A DNA stretch of 64,000 nucleotides from a virus (taxonomy: Duplodnaviria > Caudoviricetes), in IMG/VR virus record IMGVR_UViG_2513237098_000002, positions 8,147-72,146 of that record; one strand, given 5' to 3'. The notes under the pieces are model-generated. The model made no database searches and was not told the DNA's origin. It saw only the letters and a program-made list of their open reading frames with translations. Of this stretch, positions 19,201-28,374 are shown piece after piece (positions within the stretch are counted from its first letter, which is position 1; each line of letters begins with the position of its first letter). The translations under genes were made by a program, and so were the position numbers.

Positions 19201-19696
19201 GACCGAGATCAACCGCGATGAGATGAAACGCTACGCCGATCAGTATTATGCGAACATCGGCGGCTACAACGGCGTTAAGGCCTACGTGCGCGCGAAATGG
19301 GAAGTGACGCAATATCTGCTCGACAAGGGCGGCATCAAAACCCTGCAGCTCTATCGTGGCATTCGGTTGCCGCCCGATGTGATTGCGAAACGGTTCAAGC
19401 ATCTGCCGGCCGGCCGCCAGATCGAGGGCCACACTTTGATGCCGACTTTGGAGGTGGTGCGCAACGGTGCCGCCTCGACGTCGCTCAATGCCGGTGTCTC
19501 TAACGGTTGGGGCAATAGCGACAACCGGATCGTGTTGCGATTGGAAGTGCCGCGCACCGCAGCGCTGTCGGTGCCGGCCTACGGCATCAACGTCCATAGC
19601 GAGCGCGAGGTGGTGGTCGCCGGCACCGCCTGGAAGGGCTGGGATGCCTGGAAAGACACGGCCCCAGAATTTCATAAGGTACCGTTGGCGGCATAG
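16247..19696 (+). CDS. 1149-aa polyvalent effector: module 1 glycosylase-fold-like domain, module 2 R-S-E ADP-ribosyltransferase
   Basis: Two [WF]DxxQxPRDxxG motifs; DVTIDTHA and YREAAKELGIQPRQLQSAVW; LYRG, STS, EREVVV. Confidence 0.7.
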   Translation: MSTIERQRAALRRERWMQTSAHSLRLLGRLYTRDFDPSQPRDEHGRWVDAGGSDGGGAAPVIDTAKVEAKTQSNVTAASAKALANGVEPLPGSKGEHPNTIGSRQPTAKGAKLAYGQPDVASMKLDPKRYAHDIALLGNADFYPNFRAKEMAGSTDAATRAAVEHMKDNLKFLYSFADKSTQVWYDGARALVDDRAKLWGFNDASVAGVYAALSPTKDWDQNVHIADMLMKTYKTQQGHRWDDAMEEQAKTLWSDKNQAVVDLVRGKTLGELTSPAEKALWIRTYDETHNSTDYRTVLPNGALGAIVRNKDGSNAKVVWQSLASITNAVKALEANGDTATISAAMGTAHKVRSFYNNILDPHSANGDVTIDTHAVGAALLRSLSNKTVPVLHNFGLAPDKADKPEGWEAAGSSVKTGLSGLYPVYAEAYREAAKELGIQPRQLQSAVWVVKREAFGNLSKKQIAAVEDAWRAYHDDPKVTLEATQATIAELAGLRKHERHDPERHHQAIEGSRRPGDPRELHQSELGRAAARVDGGAGNGIAERIAGLVAVRDARRRAAAEEVAQAERARRWRQLRQKWDESQHPRDPAGTSTGGQFTSSGGGSSSGEAAAAVPVDAEVVNVGGDKWNQEIAKELEREYQAARPELEELAAGAVGESTVTDADEDEEDPPYVPEEWDSLSGDDQEEAAQEYKSKNYDDYLQSESDNWYSEYAPDDARVLVAENYNDGTTTDWVSETLDDLRSDRKADGLPDFPFTDQQMMDALTIDYEAYGGGSTNDPEFSWDDDKLTAPAGYDPAQQTLPGVEPLKPEDYLTPKMRDEIEKALAAEFNKQGDDLAGKMDPPDYLGDSANEFLEESWNSMQDSEKFAWLESNTNILEKYQEAAETADAPQELVVEALPSKFDPLQQNASAEQYQRTQALARYLSAERAVQVLEDRKLPVPSRQALANIDSQLWGAWKSSSTSKNGMLLQVATADELEGRLNAKTATEINRDEMKRYADQYYANIGGYNGVKAYVRAKWEVTQYLLDKGGIKTLQLYRGIRLPPDVIAKRFKHLPAGRQIEGHTLMPTLEVVRNGAASTSLNAGVSNGWGNSDNRIVLRLEVPRTAALSVPAYGINVHSEREVVVAGTAWKGWDAWKDTAPEFHKVPLAA
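17736..17936 (+). CDS. 66-aa gene nested out of frame inside the 1149-aa ORF (putative immunity/partner)
   Basis: GAGGA RBS; protein-like sequence while the host frame over the same bases reads like shadow sequence. Confidence 0.7.
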   Translation: MNDTTQNDIIKLLKEAGVPVTRENYINLNWGEPLPEWTAELEMELPKELQDWSLFETRDGELQLKK

Positions 19697-19698
19697 CG

Positions 19699-19920
19699 AT
19701 GGCCAACAAGCCCGAGCCCTACAAGATCGACATTGTGCTGATGGAGCTGCAGCAGCATCTGCCGCACTGGCTCGACCCCAAGGAACGCTATCCGGAAAAG
19801 TTCGACGCGATCCGCGACAAGCATCGCGAGCGCTGGATTGCTGAGCAGCAAGCCAGGGGCAAGAAGGCAAAGCGCGCCAAGCGCTTCCGAGACCTCAAGC
19901 GAAAATTTCTCGCGCGCTGA
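19699..19920 (+). CDS. 73-aa putative immunity/partner of the ART module
   Basis: Starts 2 nt after the ART stop. Confidence 0.6.
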   Translation: MANKPEPYKIDIVLMELQQHLPHWLDPKERYPEKFDAIRDKHRERWIAEQQARGKKAKRAKRFRDLKRKFLAR

Positions 19921-19984
19921 CTGTCTGAAACCTTAGCGGAATTTCTGACGTCCGGAGTCTCTGGCTCCGGCGGGAGGCGGAGCT

Positions 19985-22222
19985 ATGCCGATTTCACCAC
20001 CGCACAACGGCGAAAGCCAGAGTGCATTTATGTCGCGCTGCGTCCCCGAGATGATCGGCGAGGGCGCCGACAAGCGACCGCAGGAGCAGGCCAACATTTG
20101 GCGCGAGAACAAGACGGCCAAGCAGATCGACCCCGAGGACTACGACGATCGGAGTGAGTTCATGTCCGATTGTCTCGAGGAAATTGGCGATCAAGACCAA
20201 TGCCAGCTGATGTGGGATGAACGCGCGGCGAAAGGCGTCGTGCACAAGACCCACGCCGAGACCGTCAACGGCATGGACTTCGTGCTGTCGGACGAAACGC
20301 CGGATCGCATGGACGACATCATTATGTCGGACGGCTGGGATCTCGAACATTTCAAGAAAAATCCGATCGCGCTGTTCAACCACAAGAGCGATTTCCCGAT
20401 CGGCAAATGGAAGAACCTGCGCGTCGAGGGCAGGGCGCTTCGCGGTCACCTCGAGCTGGCGCCGGCAGGCACTTCGCCCAGGATCGACGAGATCAGGCGC
20501 CTGGTCGAGGCCGGCATTTTGCGCGCGGTCAGCGTCGGCTTCCGGCCGATACAGCGCCGGTCGCGCAACGAAAAGGACGAACACGGATTCGGCGGCAGCA
20601 TCTTCACCAAGAGTGAACTGGTGGAGACCTCGCTGGTCGCCGTGCCGGCCAACCCCAACGCATTGGCGGTGGCCAAGTCACTGAAGATTTCTCCCGCAAC
20701 CATCGATCTCGTCTTCGCCGGGCAAGGCAAAGGGGACGGCATCAAGCGGCGCGGGCTCAACGGCGGGCAAGCCAATCGATCATACGGGAGTGATGGAAAG
20801 GGCACGACGATGTCGCTTGCTCAACAGTTTTCTCAACGCATTACCGCTGCGGAGAGTCGCCTGGTCGATCTCCGCGACAAGCTGACCGAACATTTCGCCA
20901 ACGTCGACGATGAAAACGTCAGTGACGAGCAGCTCGAGACCGCCAGGGATCTCAACGCCAGGATCACCCAGGAAGAGCGTAGCCTCGAACAGCTGCGGAT
21001 GTCCGAGCGGAATCTGGCCCTGGCCAGCAATGATGGTGGCCGCACCGTCATCCACAACAACGTGACGCGCAGCAACGACGACGATCGGTCGCAGCAGCGG
21101 CCGTTCAGCATGCCGAAAAAGAAACTGGATCCGCTCGACCTGTTGGTTCGCGCGGGGACCGTGCAGTTGTTCTCGCACCTGCGCCATGAGCCGCTCGACC
21201 AAGTTCGTCGCGCGATCTATGGCGAAGACGAGATGACCAGGGCGGTGATTGACTGGGCGACCAGGGCCGCCACCGCGCCGGCCAAGACCACGGTCACCGG
21301 CTGGGCGGCGGAGCTGGTCGGCCAGATCAACGCCGACTTCATGGAGCTGCTGCAGGCCAAGGCGATTTATCCGCGGCTTGCAGGGATGGGGCTCGGCCTG
21401 ACGTTTGGTCGTAATGGCCGGATCATCATTCCGACCCGGAGCCGGACGCCGACCGTTGCCGGCTCGTTCGTCGGTGAAGGCATGCCGATCCCGGTGCGTC
21501 AGGCCGCGTTCACGGCGGCGACCCTGACGCCGAAGAAGATGGCGGTGATCACCACCTGGACCCGGGAAATCGACGAGCACTCAGTGCCCGCGATCGAGGG
21601 GCTGTTGCGCAACGCCATCCAGGAAGACACCGCGGTGTCGCTCGACAGCGTGCTGCTCGATACCAACCCGGCGACCACGATCCGGCCGGCGGGCATCCTC
21701 AACGGTGTGGCGGCTCTGCCGGCGACCGCTGGCGGCGGCTTCGCTGCGCTGGTTGGCGACATCAAGCAGGTCTCTGGCGCGTTGCTCACGGCCACGATGG
21801 GCAATGTGCGGAAGCCGGCCTGGCTGATGAACCCGCAGCAGGTGATGAGCGCTGGTCTCACCGCGGCGCCGGGCGTGGGTGCTTTCCCGTTCCAGGCCCA
21901 GATCGCGGCCGGCAACCTGCAGGGGTGGCCGATCATCGATTCCGGCACGGTGCCGCTCGGCACGGTGATCGCGGTCGATGCGGCGGACTTCTGCACGGTC
22001 GGCGGGGAAGGGCCGCGGTTCGAGATCTCGGACCAGGCCACGCTGCACCTGGAGGACACCACGCCGGCCGATATCGGCACGGCTGGTACGCCTCCGGTGG
22101 TCGCAGCTCCGGTCAAGTCGATGTGGCAGACGGACTCGCTCGCACTTCGTCTAATCCTGCCGATCAACTGGACGCTGCGCCGGAGTGGTGTTGTGGCCTG
22201 GGTGCAGGGCGTGACCTGGTAG
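19985..22222 (+). CDS. Prohead protease-major capsid protein fusion (HK97 fold)
   Basis: LFNH...PIGKW, SVGF, ETSLVAVPAN protease motifs; VGEG, LTPKK, PAGILNG, AWLMN capsid motifs. Confidence 0.93.
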   Translation: MPISPPHNGESQSAFMSRCVPEMIGEGADKRPQEQANIWRENKTAKQIDPEDYDDRSEFMSDCLEEIGDQDQCQLMWDERAAKGVVHKTHAETVNGMDFVLSDETPDRMDDIIMSDGWDLEHFKKNPIALFNHKSDFPIGKWKNLRVEGRALRGHLELAPAGTSPRIDEIRRLVEAGILRAVSVGFRPIQRRSRNEKDEHGFGGSIFTKSELVETSLVAVPANPNALAVAKSLKISPATIDLVFAGQGKGDGIKRRGLNGGQANRSYGSDGKGTTMSLAQQFSQRITAAESRLVDLRDKLTEHFANVDDENVSDEQLETARDLNARITQEERSLEQLRMSERNLALASNDGGRTVIHNNVTRSNDDDRSQQRPFSMPKKKLDPLDLLVRAGTVQLFSHLRHEPLDQVRRAIYGEDEMTRAVIDWATRAATAPAKTTVTGWAAELVGQINADFMELLQAKAIYPRLAGMGLGLTFGRNGRIIIPTRSRTPTVAGSFVGEGMPIPVRQAAFTAATLTPKKMAVITTWTREIDEHSVPAIEGLLRNAIQEDTAVSLDSVLLDTNPATTIRPAGILNGVAALPATAGGGFAALVGDIKQVSGALLTATMGNVRKPAWLMNPQQVMSAGLTAAPGVGAFPFQAQIAAGNLQGWPIIDSGTVPLGTVIAVDAADFCTVGGEGPRFEISDQATLHLEDTTPADIGTAGTPPVVAAPVKSMWQTDSLALRLILPINWTLRRSGVVAWVQGVTW

Positions 22223-22230
22223 ACGACACA

Positions 22231-22256
22231 AGGGGCCGCAACGTGCGGCCCCTTTT
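22231..22256 (+). terminator. Intrinsic terminator after capsid
   Basis: AGGGGCCGCA-ACG-TGCGGCCCCT followed by TTTGTTT. Confidence 0.8.
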
Positions 22257-22274
22257 GTTTTGAGGGGTGTGAAC

Positions 22275-22775
22275 ATGGATCGCATTGAAGAAGCGGCGCG
22301 GCAGCAATTGGCCGACGACCGAGAGCTGCGGCGCCTGATGCTGGAAGCTGCCCTTGCTGCATCGGACGTTCAACCGACTCCGACGCAGCTCGAAAACGAC
22401 ATGGCTGTCGTGATCCGTATCCCTTTGGAAAAAACTTATGACGGCAGCCCGATCGACCCCAGCTCTCCGGATCCGACCGAGCCGAGTCCGCCTGAGCTTC
22501 CACCGCCGACGTTGGCAAGCTTCACCCCAACCACAGCCGTGGCGCCGGCAACACTGACGCTGACGGCAACCGGCGCCAATTTCGGGCCGGACTGCAAGAT
22601 CGTCTTCAACGGTAGTGAGTGTGCGACGACGGTCGTGTCCTCGAGCGAAGCGACGTGCTCGGTCACTGGCGATGTTGCCGCCACTTACGATGTGCTGGTG
22701 CGTGGCTTGAAGGGCGACAGCACCACTCAGCAATTCACGTTTACGGCCGTGCAACCGGAGGAGACCAAACGATGA
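22275..22775 (+). CDS. IPT/TIG (Ig-like) domain virion protein
   Basis: PTLASFTP...LTATGANFGPDCKIVFNG...FTFTA. Confidence 0.7.
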   Translation: MDRIEEAARQQLADDRELRRLMLEAALAASDVQPTPTQLENDMAVVIRIPLEKTYDGSPIDPSSPDPTEPSPPELPPPTLASFTPTTAVAPATLTLTATGANFGPDCKIVFNGSECATTVVSSSEATCSVTGDVAATYDVLVRGLKGDSTTQQFTFTAVQPEETKR

Positions 22776-23077
22776 CCGATCAAGCCAACGAGCAGAGGGA
22801 AGCGGCCAAGAAGAAACTCGCCGAAGCGCGCGAGGCCCGCGACAAGGAGAGTGAGCGCATGGCCAAAGCCAAGCCGACTCCGACCCAGGAGGAGAATGAC
22901 CTGGCGCGGCTCGGGGTCTACGTCGGCGAGCACGAGGACGATGGAAGCGGCCCTGATCCACATCAGCCTGGTGCGGCGCGCAAACCCGTGGACCATCAGA
23001 AGCGTCAGGTGGAGGCGGACAGATCGGCGCAGCGCAGCCCCTACAGCACCAGGGCCTCGTCGCCAAGCCACGAATGA
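22772..23077 (+). CDS. Hypothetical head-region protein
   Basis: KPTPTQEENDLARLG motif; ATGA overlaps. Confidence 0.65.
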   Translation: MTDQANEQREAAKKKLAEAREARDKESERMAKAKPTPTQEENDLARLGVYVGEHEDDGSGPDPHQPGAARKPVDHQKRQVEADRSAQRSPYSTRASSPSHE

Positions 23078-24489
23078 CGGTGCGTGGTTGGCTGTCACGG
23101 GCAGCTGGTCGCCTGATTGGCAAGGCCGAGGGCGAGTATCGCCGCGGACCCTGGTATTTGCCGGTGACCGGCGGGTGGTTGCCTGCCGGCGTCGGCGACA
23201 GCATCAACTGGTGGCAGAACGGCTACAATGTCGTCGGCCCGTCGACCCAGTCGGCGATGGTGGAGGCCTGCGTCTCGGCCTATTCGCAAACGGTGGCGAT
23301 GTGCCCCGGCGATCACTGGCGGCTGAATAGCAAGGGCGGACGGGAGCGGGTGAAGAATTCGGCGCTCGCCCGCCTCTTGCGCCATCCCAACGAATACCAG
23401 TCGATTTCCGACTTCCTGCTGAACGCGACCCGCTCGCTGTATCTCGACGGCAATACCTATGCGCTCGGATTGCGCAACGACCGTTACGAGATCGACGAGC
23501 TGCATCTGATGAATTCGACGCTGTCGCACCCGCGATTGGCGGACAATGGCGAGATCTTTTATCAGCTCTACGGCAACGACGTGATCAACCAGAAGCTCGG
23601 CGAGACCGCGCTGCTGGTGCCGGCGCGCGACGTGCTGCACATCCGGCTGCACACCGTCCACCATCGGTTTCCGGTGCCGTTGGTCGGCGAGTCGCCGGTC
23701 GTTGCCGCCTATGATGACATCGGTGTCGGCGCCGCCATCGCCAAACAACAGATGGCGTTTTACCTGAACGAAGCGCGGCCCAGCGCGGTGCTGTCGACCG
23801 ATCTGAAGCTCGACAAGGACCAGGTGCAGGCGCTGCGCGACCGCTGGAACGACCAGGCGCGTCAGCTGCATCAGGGCGGCACGCCAATCCTGACCGCAGG
23901 TCTGAAGGTGCAGCCGTGGTCGGTCGGCGGCAAGGACGCTGCGACCGCCGAGATCCTCAAGCTGTCGAATGAGCACATCGCGCTGGCGTTCCGGATCCCG
24001 CTGCAGATCCTCGGCATCGGCGGCACCACCTATTCATCGACCGAGCTTTTGATGCAGAGCTGGATCGCCTCCGGTCTCGGCTTTGCGCTCAACCACATTG
24101 AAGAGGCCTTCGGCGTGCTGTTCGCGCTGAAGGGCCAGCCGGACGAATACATCGAATTCGATACCGCGGCGCTGCTTCGGTCGGCGCTGAAGGATCGGAT
24201 CGAGGCGCTCGCGCGCGGCGTACAAGGCGGCATCTATGCACCCAACGAGGCCCGTCAGAGCGAGGGCCTCGATGCCGTTCCGTTCGGCGATGAACCCCGC
24301 GTCCAGCAGCAAGTCGTGCCGCTGTCGGCGGCGGCTGCGATCCCCGCGGCGCCGTCGCCGAACGCGCCGCCATCGGCTGAACCGGTGCCGCCGCCGCCTC
24401 CCGAGAAGGGCAATCGCGATGCAATCCAACGGGAAGTCCGAAACCTATTTAGAGTCGCCGACCGCGCCGGCCGCCGAATGTCTTCTTGA
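23074..24489 (+). CDS. Portal protein, HK97 family
   Basis: PNEYQS...[28 protein letters not shown]. Confidence 0.92.
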   Translation: MTVRGWLSRAAGRLIGKAEGEYRRGPWYLPVTGGWLPAGVGDSINWWQNGYNVVGPSTQSAMVEACVSAYSQTVAMCPGDHWRLNSKGGRERVKNSALARLLRHPNEYQSISDFLLNATRSLYLDGNTYALGLRNDRYEIDELHLMNSTLSHPRLADNGEIFYQLYGNDVINQKLGETALLVPARDVLHIRLHTVHHRFPVPLVGESPVVAAYDDIGVGAAIAKQQMAFYLNEARPSAVLSTDLKLDKDQVQALRDRWNDQARQLHQGGTPILTAGLKVQPWSVGGKDAATAEILKLSNEHIALAFRIPLQILGIGGTTYSSTELLMQSWIASGLGFALNHIEEAFGVLFALKGQPDEYIEFDTAALLRSALKDRIEALARGVQGGIYAPNEARQSEGLDAVPFGDEPRVQQQVVPLSAAAAIPAAPSPNAPPSAEPVPPPPPEKGNRDAIQREVRNLFRVADRAGRRMSS

Positions 24490-25996
24490 TGCATGGCGCG
24501 AGGCGCTCGGCGATGCGCTTGATATCGAGCGGCGGCAATGGCAGCGCGAGCGCGCGCTGATCGAAGCCCAGGCACAGACCGCGATCTCGAAAGCTGAGAC
24601 TGTCATTGCGGAGCTGCGCGCCGAGTTCACCGCCTTCCGCACCGAGATGGCCGAACTGGTCAGGACACGGCTGGCCGAGCTGAAGGACGGCGCCCCTGGC
24701 GAGCGCGGGCCGATCGGTCCTGTCGGTGAGAAAGGCGATCCCGGGCCCGCGGGAATTCCCGGAGAGCAGGGTTTGCCTGGACCGGCAGGCCCGCCAGGCG
24801 CCAGTGGAGAGTCCGGTGAGCCGGGTTTGCCGGGGCCGGTCGGTGAGCCCGGGCCGGAGGGAAAGCCGGGCCCGGCAGGGCCGCGCGGCGAGCCGGGGGC
24901 GGCTGGACCACAGGGCGAGCCAGGAGCGCCAGGCGAAGCCGGCGAGCGCGGCGAGCGCGGCGAGCAGGGCCCGCAAGGTGAACGCGGAGAACGGGGCGAA
25001 CGGGGCGAACAAGGAGAGCGAGGCGAACATGGCGAAAAAGGCGAACAAGGCGAAAGCGGCGCGCAAGGGCCACAAGGCGAGCCGGGCGAGCAAGGCGCTC
25101 GCGGCGCTCAAGGTGTCCCCGGTGAAAAGGGCGAGCGCGGTGAAAAGGGCGAACCCGGTACGGCGGGCCAGCCGGGGCCGATAGGTCCGCGCGGCGAGCC
25201 GGGCGAGCAAGGCGCTCGCGGCGCTCAAGGTGTCCCCGGTGAAAAGGGCGAGCGCGGCGAAAAGGGCGAACCCGGTACGGCGGGCCAGCCGGGGCCGATA
25301 GGTCCGCGCGGCGAGCCGGGCCCCCAAGGCGCGCGCGGCGAAAAGGGTGAACCTGGTGCGGCGGGCGCGCCGGGGCCGATAGGTCCGCGCGGCGAACCCG
25401 GTCCCCAAGGCGAGCGCGGTGACGACGGGCGCGACGGCGCCCCAGGCGAGCGCGGCGAGAAGGGGGACAGGGGCGAGACCGGTGCATTGCCGATGGTCCG
25501 CGCCTGGACCGACGACGACGTCTCCTATGCGGGCGACGTCGTTTTCTGCGATGGCGCCACCTGGCAAGCCAAGAAAGACACCGCGCAGAAGCCGCCGCAC
25601 AAGGATTGGATCTGCCTGGCCGCCGCCGGCCAGGATGGCCGCGATGCCGTGATGCCGACCATCGTCGGCACTTACCGCGATGGCGGGATCTATTGCGCGT
25701 TTAACATCGTCGCGTTGAACGGCTCCAGCTTCATCGCCCGCAAAGACAATCCCGGACCATGCCCCGGCGACGGTTGGCAGCTGATCGCCTCCGCCGGCAA
25801 GCCTGGCAAGCCGGGACCGAAGGGCGAGCAGGGCGCACCAGGGCAGCGCGGCGAGCGCGGCCTGCCTGGTCTGACGGTGGTGGGCTGGAAGGTCGACCCC
25901 GAGGACTATTCGGTCACGCTGGTCACGTCGGACGGCGAGATCGAGCCGCTGCGGTTGCGCCGCCTGTTCGAGCAATTCCACATCGAGACACGCTAA
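24419..25996 (+). CDS. Collagen-like virion protein
   Basis: Coiled-coil N-terminus, more than 250 aa of G-X-Y repeats, C-terminal YxxGDVV/W carbohydrate-binding-like repeats. Confidence 0.85.
   Translation: MQSNGKSETYLESPTAPAAECLLDAWREALGDALDIERRQWQRERALIEAQAQTAISKAETVIAELRAEFTAFRTEMAELVRTRLAELKDGAPGERGPIGPVGEKGDPGPAGIPGEQGLPGPAGPPGASGESGEPGLPGPVGEPGPEGKPGPAGPRGEPGAAGPQGEPGAPGEAGERGERGEQGPQGERGERGERGEQGERGEHGEKGEQGESGAQGPQGEPGEQGARGAQGVPGEKGERGEKGEPGTAGQPGPIGPRGEPGEQGARGAQGVPGEKGERGEKGEPGTAGQPGPIGPRGEPGPQGARGEKGEPGAAGAPGPIGPRGEPGPQGERGDDGRDGAPGERGEKGDRGETGALPMVRAWTDDDVSYAGDVVFCDGATWQAKKDTAQKPPHKDWICLAAAGQDGRDAVMPTIVGTYRDGGIYCAFNIVALNGSSFIARKDNPGPCPGDGWQLIASAGKPGKPGPKGEQGAPGQRGERGLPGLTVVGWKVDPEDYSVTLVTSDGEIEPLRLRRLFEQFHIETR
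25076..25320 (+). repeat. 117-bp near-perfect tandem duplication within the collagen region
   Basis: [39 protein letters not shown] encoded twice with one synonymous difference seen. Confidence 0.9.
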
Positions 25997-26646
25997 TGGC
26001 TGACATCACGATCAAGGTGCTGGCGCCGGCCGACAGCTATGATCTGGTGACGCTCGACGAGATGAAGATCATGCTCGGAATCTCGCCCTCGGCGACGACC
26101 GACGATCCCCAACTCGAGACGTGGATCACGCAGTATTCCGACGTGATCGCGACGATGTGCAATCGGGTGTTTGCCAAGGAGAAGGTCGAGGAGACCTGGC
26201 GCGGCGATCTGCCGCCTTACGACACGCAAAATGGTCGGATCTTTCTCACCCATTATCCGGTCGCCGATGCCGACGTCGAATTGGTGAGCGCGAATGGCAC
26301 CGTGATCGATCCGGTGAGCTATGAGATCGAGAACCGCACTGGCAAATTGCAACTCTTCAGCTCCTGGTCGGAGCCACTCCGCATCACCTATTCCGGCGGC
26401 TACGATTTGCCCGAGGAGACGCCGCCGGCCTTGAAGCAGGCCTTGGCGATCATGGTCGGCGCGGCGCGCATGCAAGCCGCGCAACAGCTCACCAGCGGCA
26501 TCCGCTCGATCTCGCACCGGGAAAGCCGCGTGCAATTCTTCGATGTCAACGCCGCGATGGCGAAGATGGGCGGCAGCGGCCCGATCGGCATGGCCGGCGA
26601 TACCGTCAACGCGCTGCTCTACAAGTACATGCGGATCTATGTTTAG
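25996..26646 (+). CDS. Head-tail connector (gp6-like)
   Basis: LVTLDEMK, YSGGY, PPALKQA; position. Confidence 0.8.
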   Translation: MADITIKVLAPADSYDLVTLDEMKIMLGISPSATTDDPQLETWITQYSDVIATMCNRVFAKEKVEETWRGDLPPYDTQNGRIFLTHYPVADADVELVSANGTVIDPVSYEIENRTGKLQLFSSWSEPLRITYSGGYDLPEETPPALKQALAIMVGAARMQAAQQLTSGIRSISHRESRVQFFDVNAAMAKMGGSGPIGMAGDTVNALLYKYMRIYV

Positions 26647-27031
26647 CGTCGTACTCGACGACGTCATCAATCTGGTGACCAAGTTCGACACGCTCGCCAA
26701 ACAGGTCAGCAATCTGCATCAGGCCGTGCCGCAAGAGCTGACCACCTGGCAGCGCGAAGACATGCGCCGCAAATATCCGAACATGACGGTCGCCGCGCCC
26801 GGCAACCAGACCGCGGCGATCACCCTGATCTGGCCGCGCGCGCGGTTCGAGCGACCACAGCAGTCCGGCAAGCAGCCGAACACTGCGCGTGGGCCGAAAA
26901 CCTATCGGCCCAAGGGCGCCGGTCCTGGCCGGCAGCCGGCTTCGAACCGGCCGATCCTGCGCGAGGTGCTGAAGGATCAGCTTGACCAGCGCATGCTCAC
27001 CTTGACGCAAGAGGCAATGCAATGGCCGTGA
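26639..27031 (+). CDS. Neck/virion morphogenesis protein
   Basis: Position; RPILRE motif. Confidence 0.5.
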   Translation: MFSVVLDDVINLVTKFDTLAKQVSNLHQAVPQELTTWQREDMRRKYPNMTVAAPGNQTAAITLIWPRARFERPQQSGKQPNTARGPKTYRPKGAGPGRQPASNRPILREVLKDQLDQRMLTLTQEAMQWP

Positions 27032-27381
27032 ACCTCGACGTGCTGCTGCAGGCGTCGATCTTCGACGTCTGGGCGGTGCCGGTGACGTTCGTGCCGTTCG
27101 CCTCGCAGCCGATGGCCGGCAGCTATCAAGGGCGCGGCATCCTCAACACCTACAGCGCCGATGTGATGGGGATGGACCATCACATCTATTCCGATCAGCG
27201 CACCATTCTCGACATCCGCGAGAGCGAGTTCAGCGTGCTGCCGCAGCAGAACGATCACGTCATCATTCCGGCGGACTGCAATGGCGTGCCGAAAGGCGAG
27301 TACCAGGTCACCGACACCACCAGCGACGGCGGTGGCCAGACCGTGCTCGAATTGAAGAAGATCGACACCAGGACCGGCTGA
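27022..27381 (+). CDS. Head-tail joining protein
   Basis: Position; PQQNDHVII, YQV motifs. Confidence 0.65.
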   Translation: MAVNLDVLLQASIFDVWAVPVTFVPFASQPMAGSYQGRGILNTYSADVMGMDHHIYSDQRTILDIRESEFSVLPQQNDHVIIPADCNGVPKGEYQVTDTTSDGGGQTVLELKKIDTRTG

Positions 27382-28046
27382 TGGGCATCACCGACACCCA
27401 GAGCTATTCCCTGGTGATCCGCGACATTTTCTACGACGTGCTGGCTGCCGATCTGTTCTTCGCCAACTACCACAAGCGCAAGAACAAGATGCTGCAGGTG
27501 CAGAGCGAGCTGATCCCTTATCTCGGCGTCTACATCATCGACGAGACCATGTTGCCCGACGGTGATCCCAACGCCGGCTGCATTCGGTTCTCACATACAT
27601 TGCGGATCGGCTTCTCGGTGATCATCGCCCACAACGATCCGGTGGTCGCGGAGCAGACCATCGACGCCGCGTTCTGGCACATCATGCAGCGACTGTGGCG
27701 TGACCAGTACATCATGAACGTGCTGGACACCTACAATCCACATACCGGCATTTCGAACCCGGACAACACGCGGATCGAGAGTATCACCCGCGGCACCCGC
27801 CGCCATGTGTTCGGCACCGCGCAGTTCAACAACGAAACCCCGGTCGCCGAGCTGCAGTACGACGTCTCGTGTTTCTATCGCACCGACTGGTGGCCGGAGA
27901 TCACCGACACGCTCGACGAGATCGACGTCAGCACCGGGATCAAGATCGGCGATACCCCCGAAGAGATGGCGCAGCGTCAACAGCTGCATGCCAAGTACGT
28001 CTTCGCCCCTGCACCTGAAAAGGAAACGGAGAAAGCAGATGACTGA
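27381..28046 (+). CDS. Tail terminator-like protein
   Basis: Position before the sheath gene. Confidence 0.55.
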   Translation: MGITDTQSYSLVIRDIFYDVLAADLFFANYHKRKNKMLQVQSELIPYLGVYIIDETMLPDGDPNAGCIRFSHTLRIGFSVIIAHNDPVVAEQTIDAAFWHIMQRLWRDQYIMNVLDTYNPHTGISNPDNTRIESITRGTRRHVFGTAQFNNETPVAELQYDVSCFYRTDWWPEITDTLDEIDVSTGIKIGDTPEEMAQRQQLHAKYVFAPAPEKETEKADD

Positions 28047-28341
28047 GAAAAACATTTCGCTGCGCAAGCAGCGTCAGAATGAGCGCCTCGCCAAGGTGCG
28101 GTCGTTCCAACCGAAGGGCGTGCGGGTGCTGCCGGCCAGTGATGAGCTGCGCAAGGTTTTGAAGCATCCGAACGGCATGGGCTTCCGGCCCGAGGGCTCG
28201 AGCGAATGGCCGAACGATCGCTTCACCAAGCGACGGATCGCCGATGGCTCCGTCACGCTCGAGGGGAGCGGAGCGAAGAGCGAAGAGAAGCCACCGCCAC
28301 GACGATACAGCCAACGATCCGAACCCAGCAGCGCCGCCTAA
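28039..28341 (+). CDS. Small pre-sheath protein (Mu gp38-like position)
   Basis: WPNDRFTKRRIADGSV motif. Confidence 0.6.
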   Translation: MTEKNISLRKQRQNERLAKVRSFQPKGVRVLPASDELRKVLKHPNGMGFRPEGSSEWPNDRFTKRRIADGSVTLEGSGAKSEEKPPPRRYSQRSEPSSAA

Positions 28342-28374
28342 CCAGCGGCGCTTTTCATTTGAGAGGAGGCGTTC

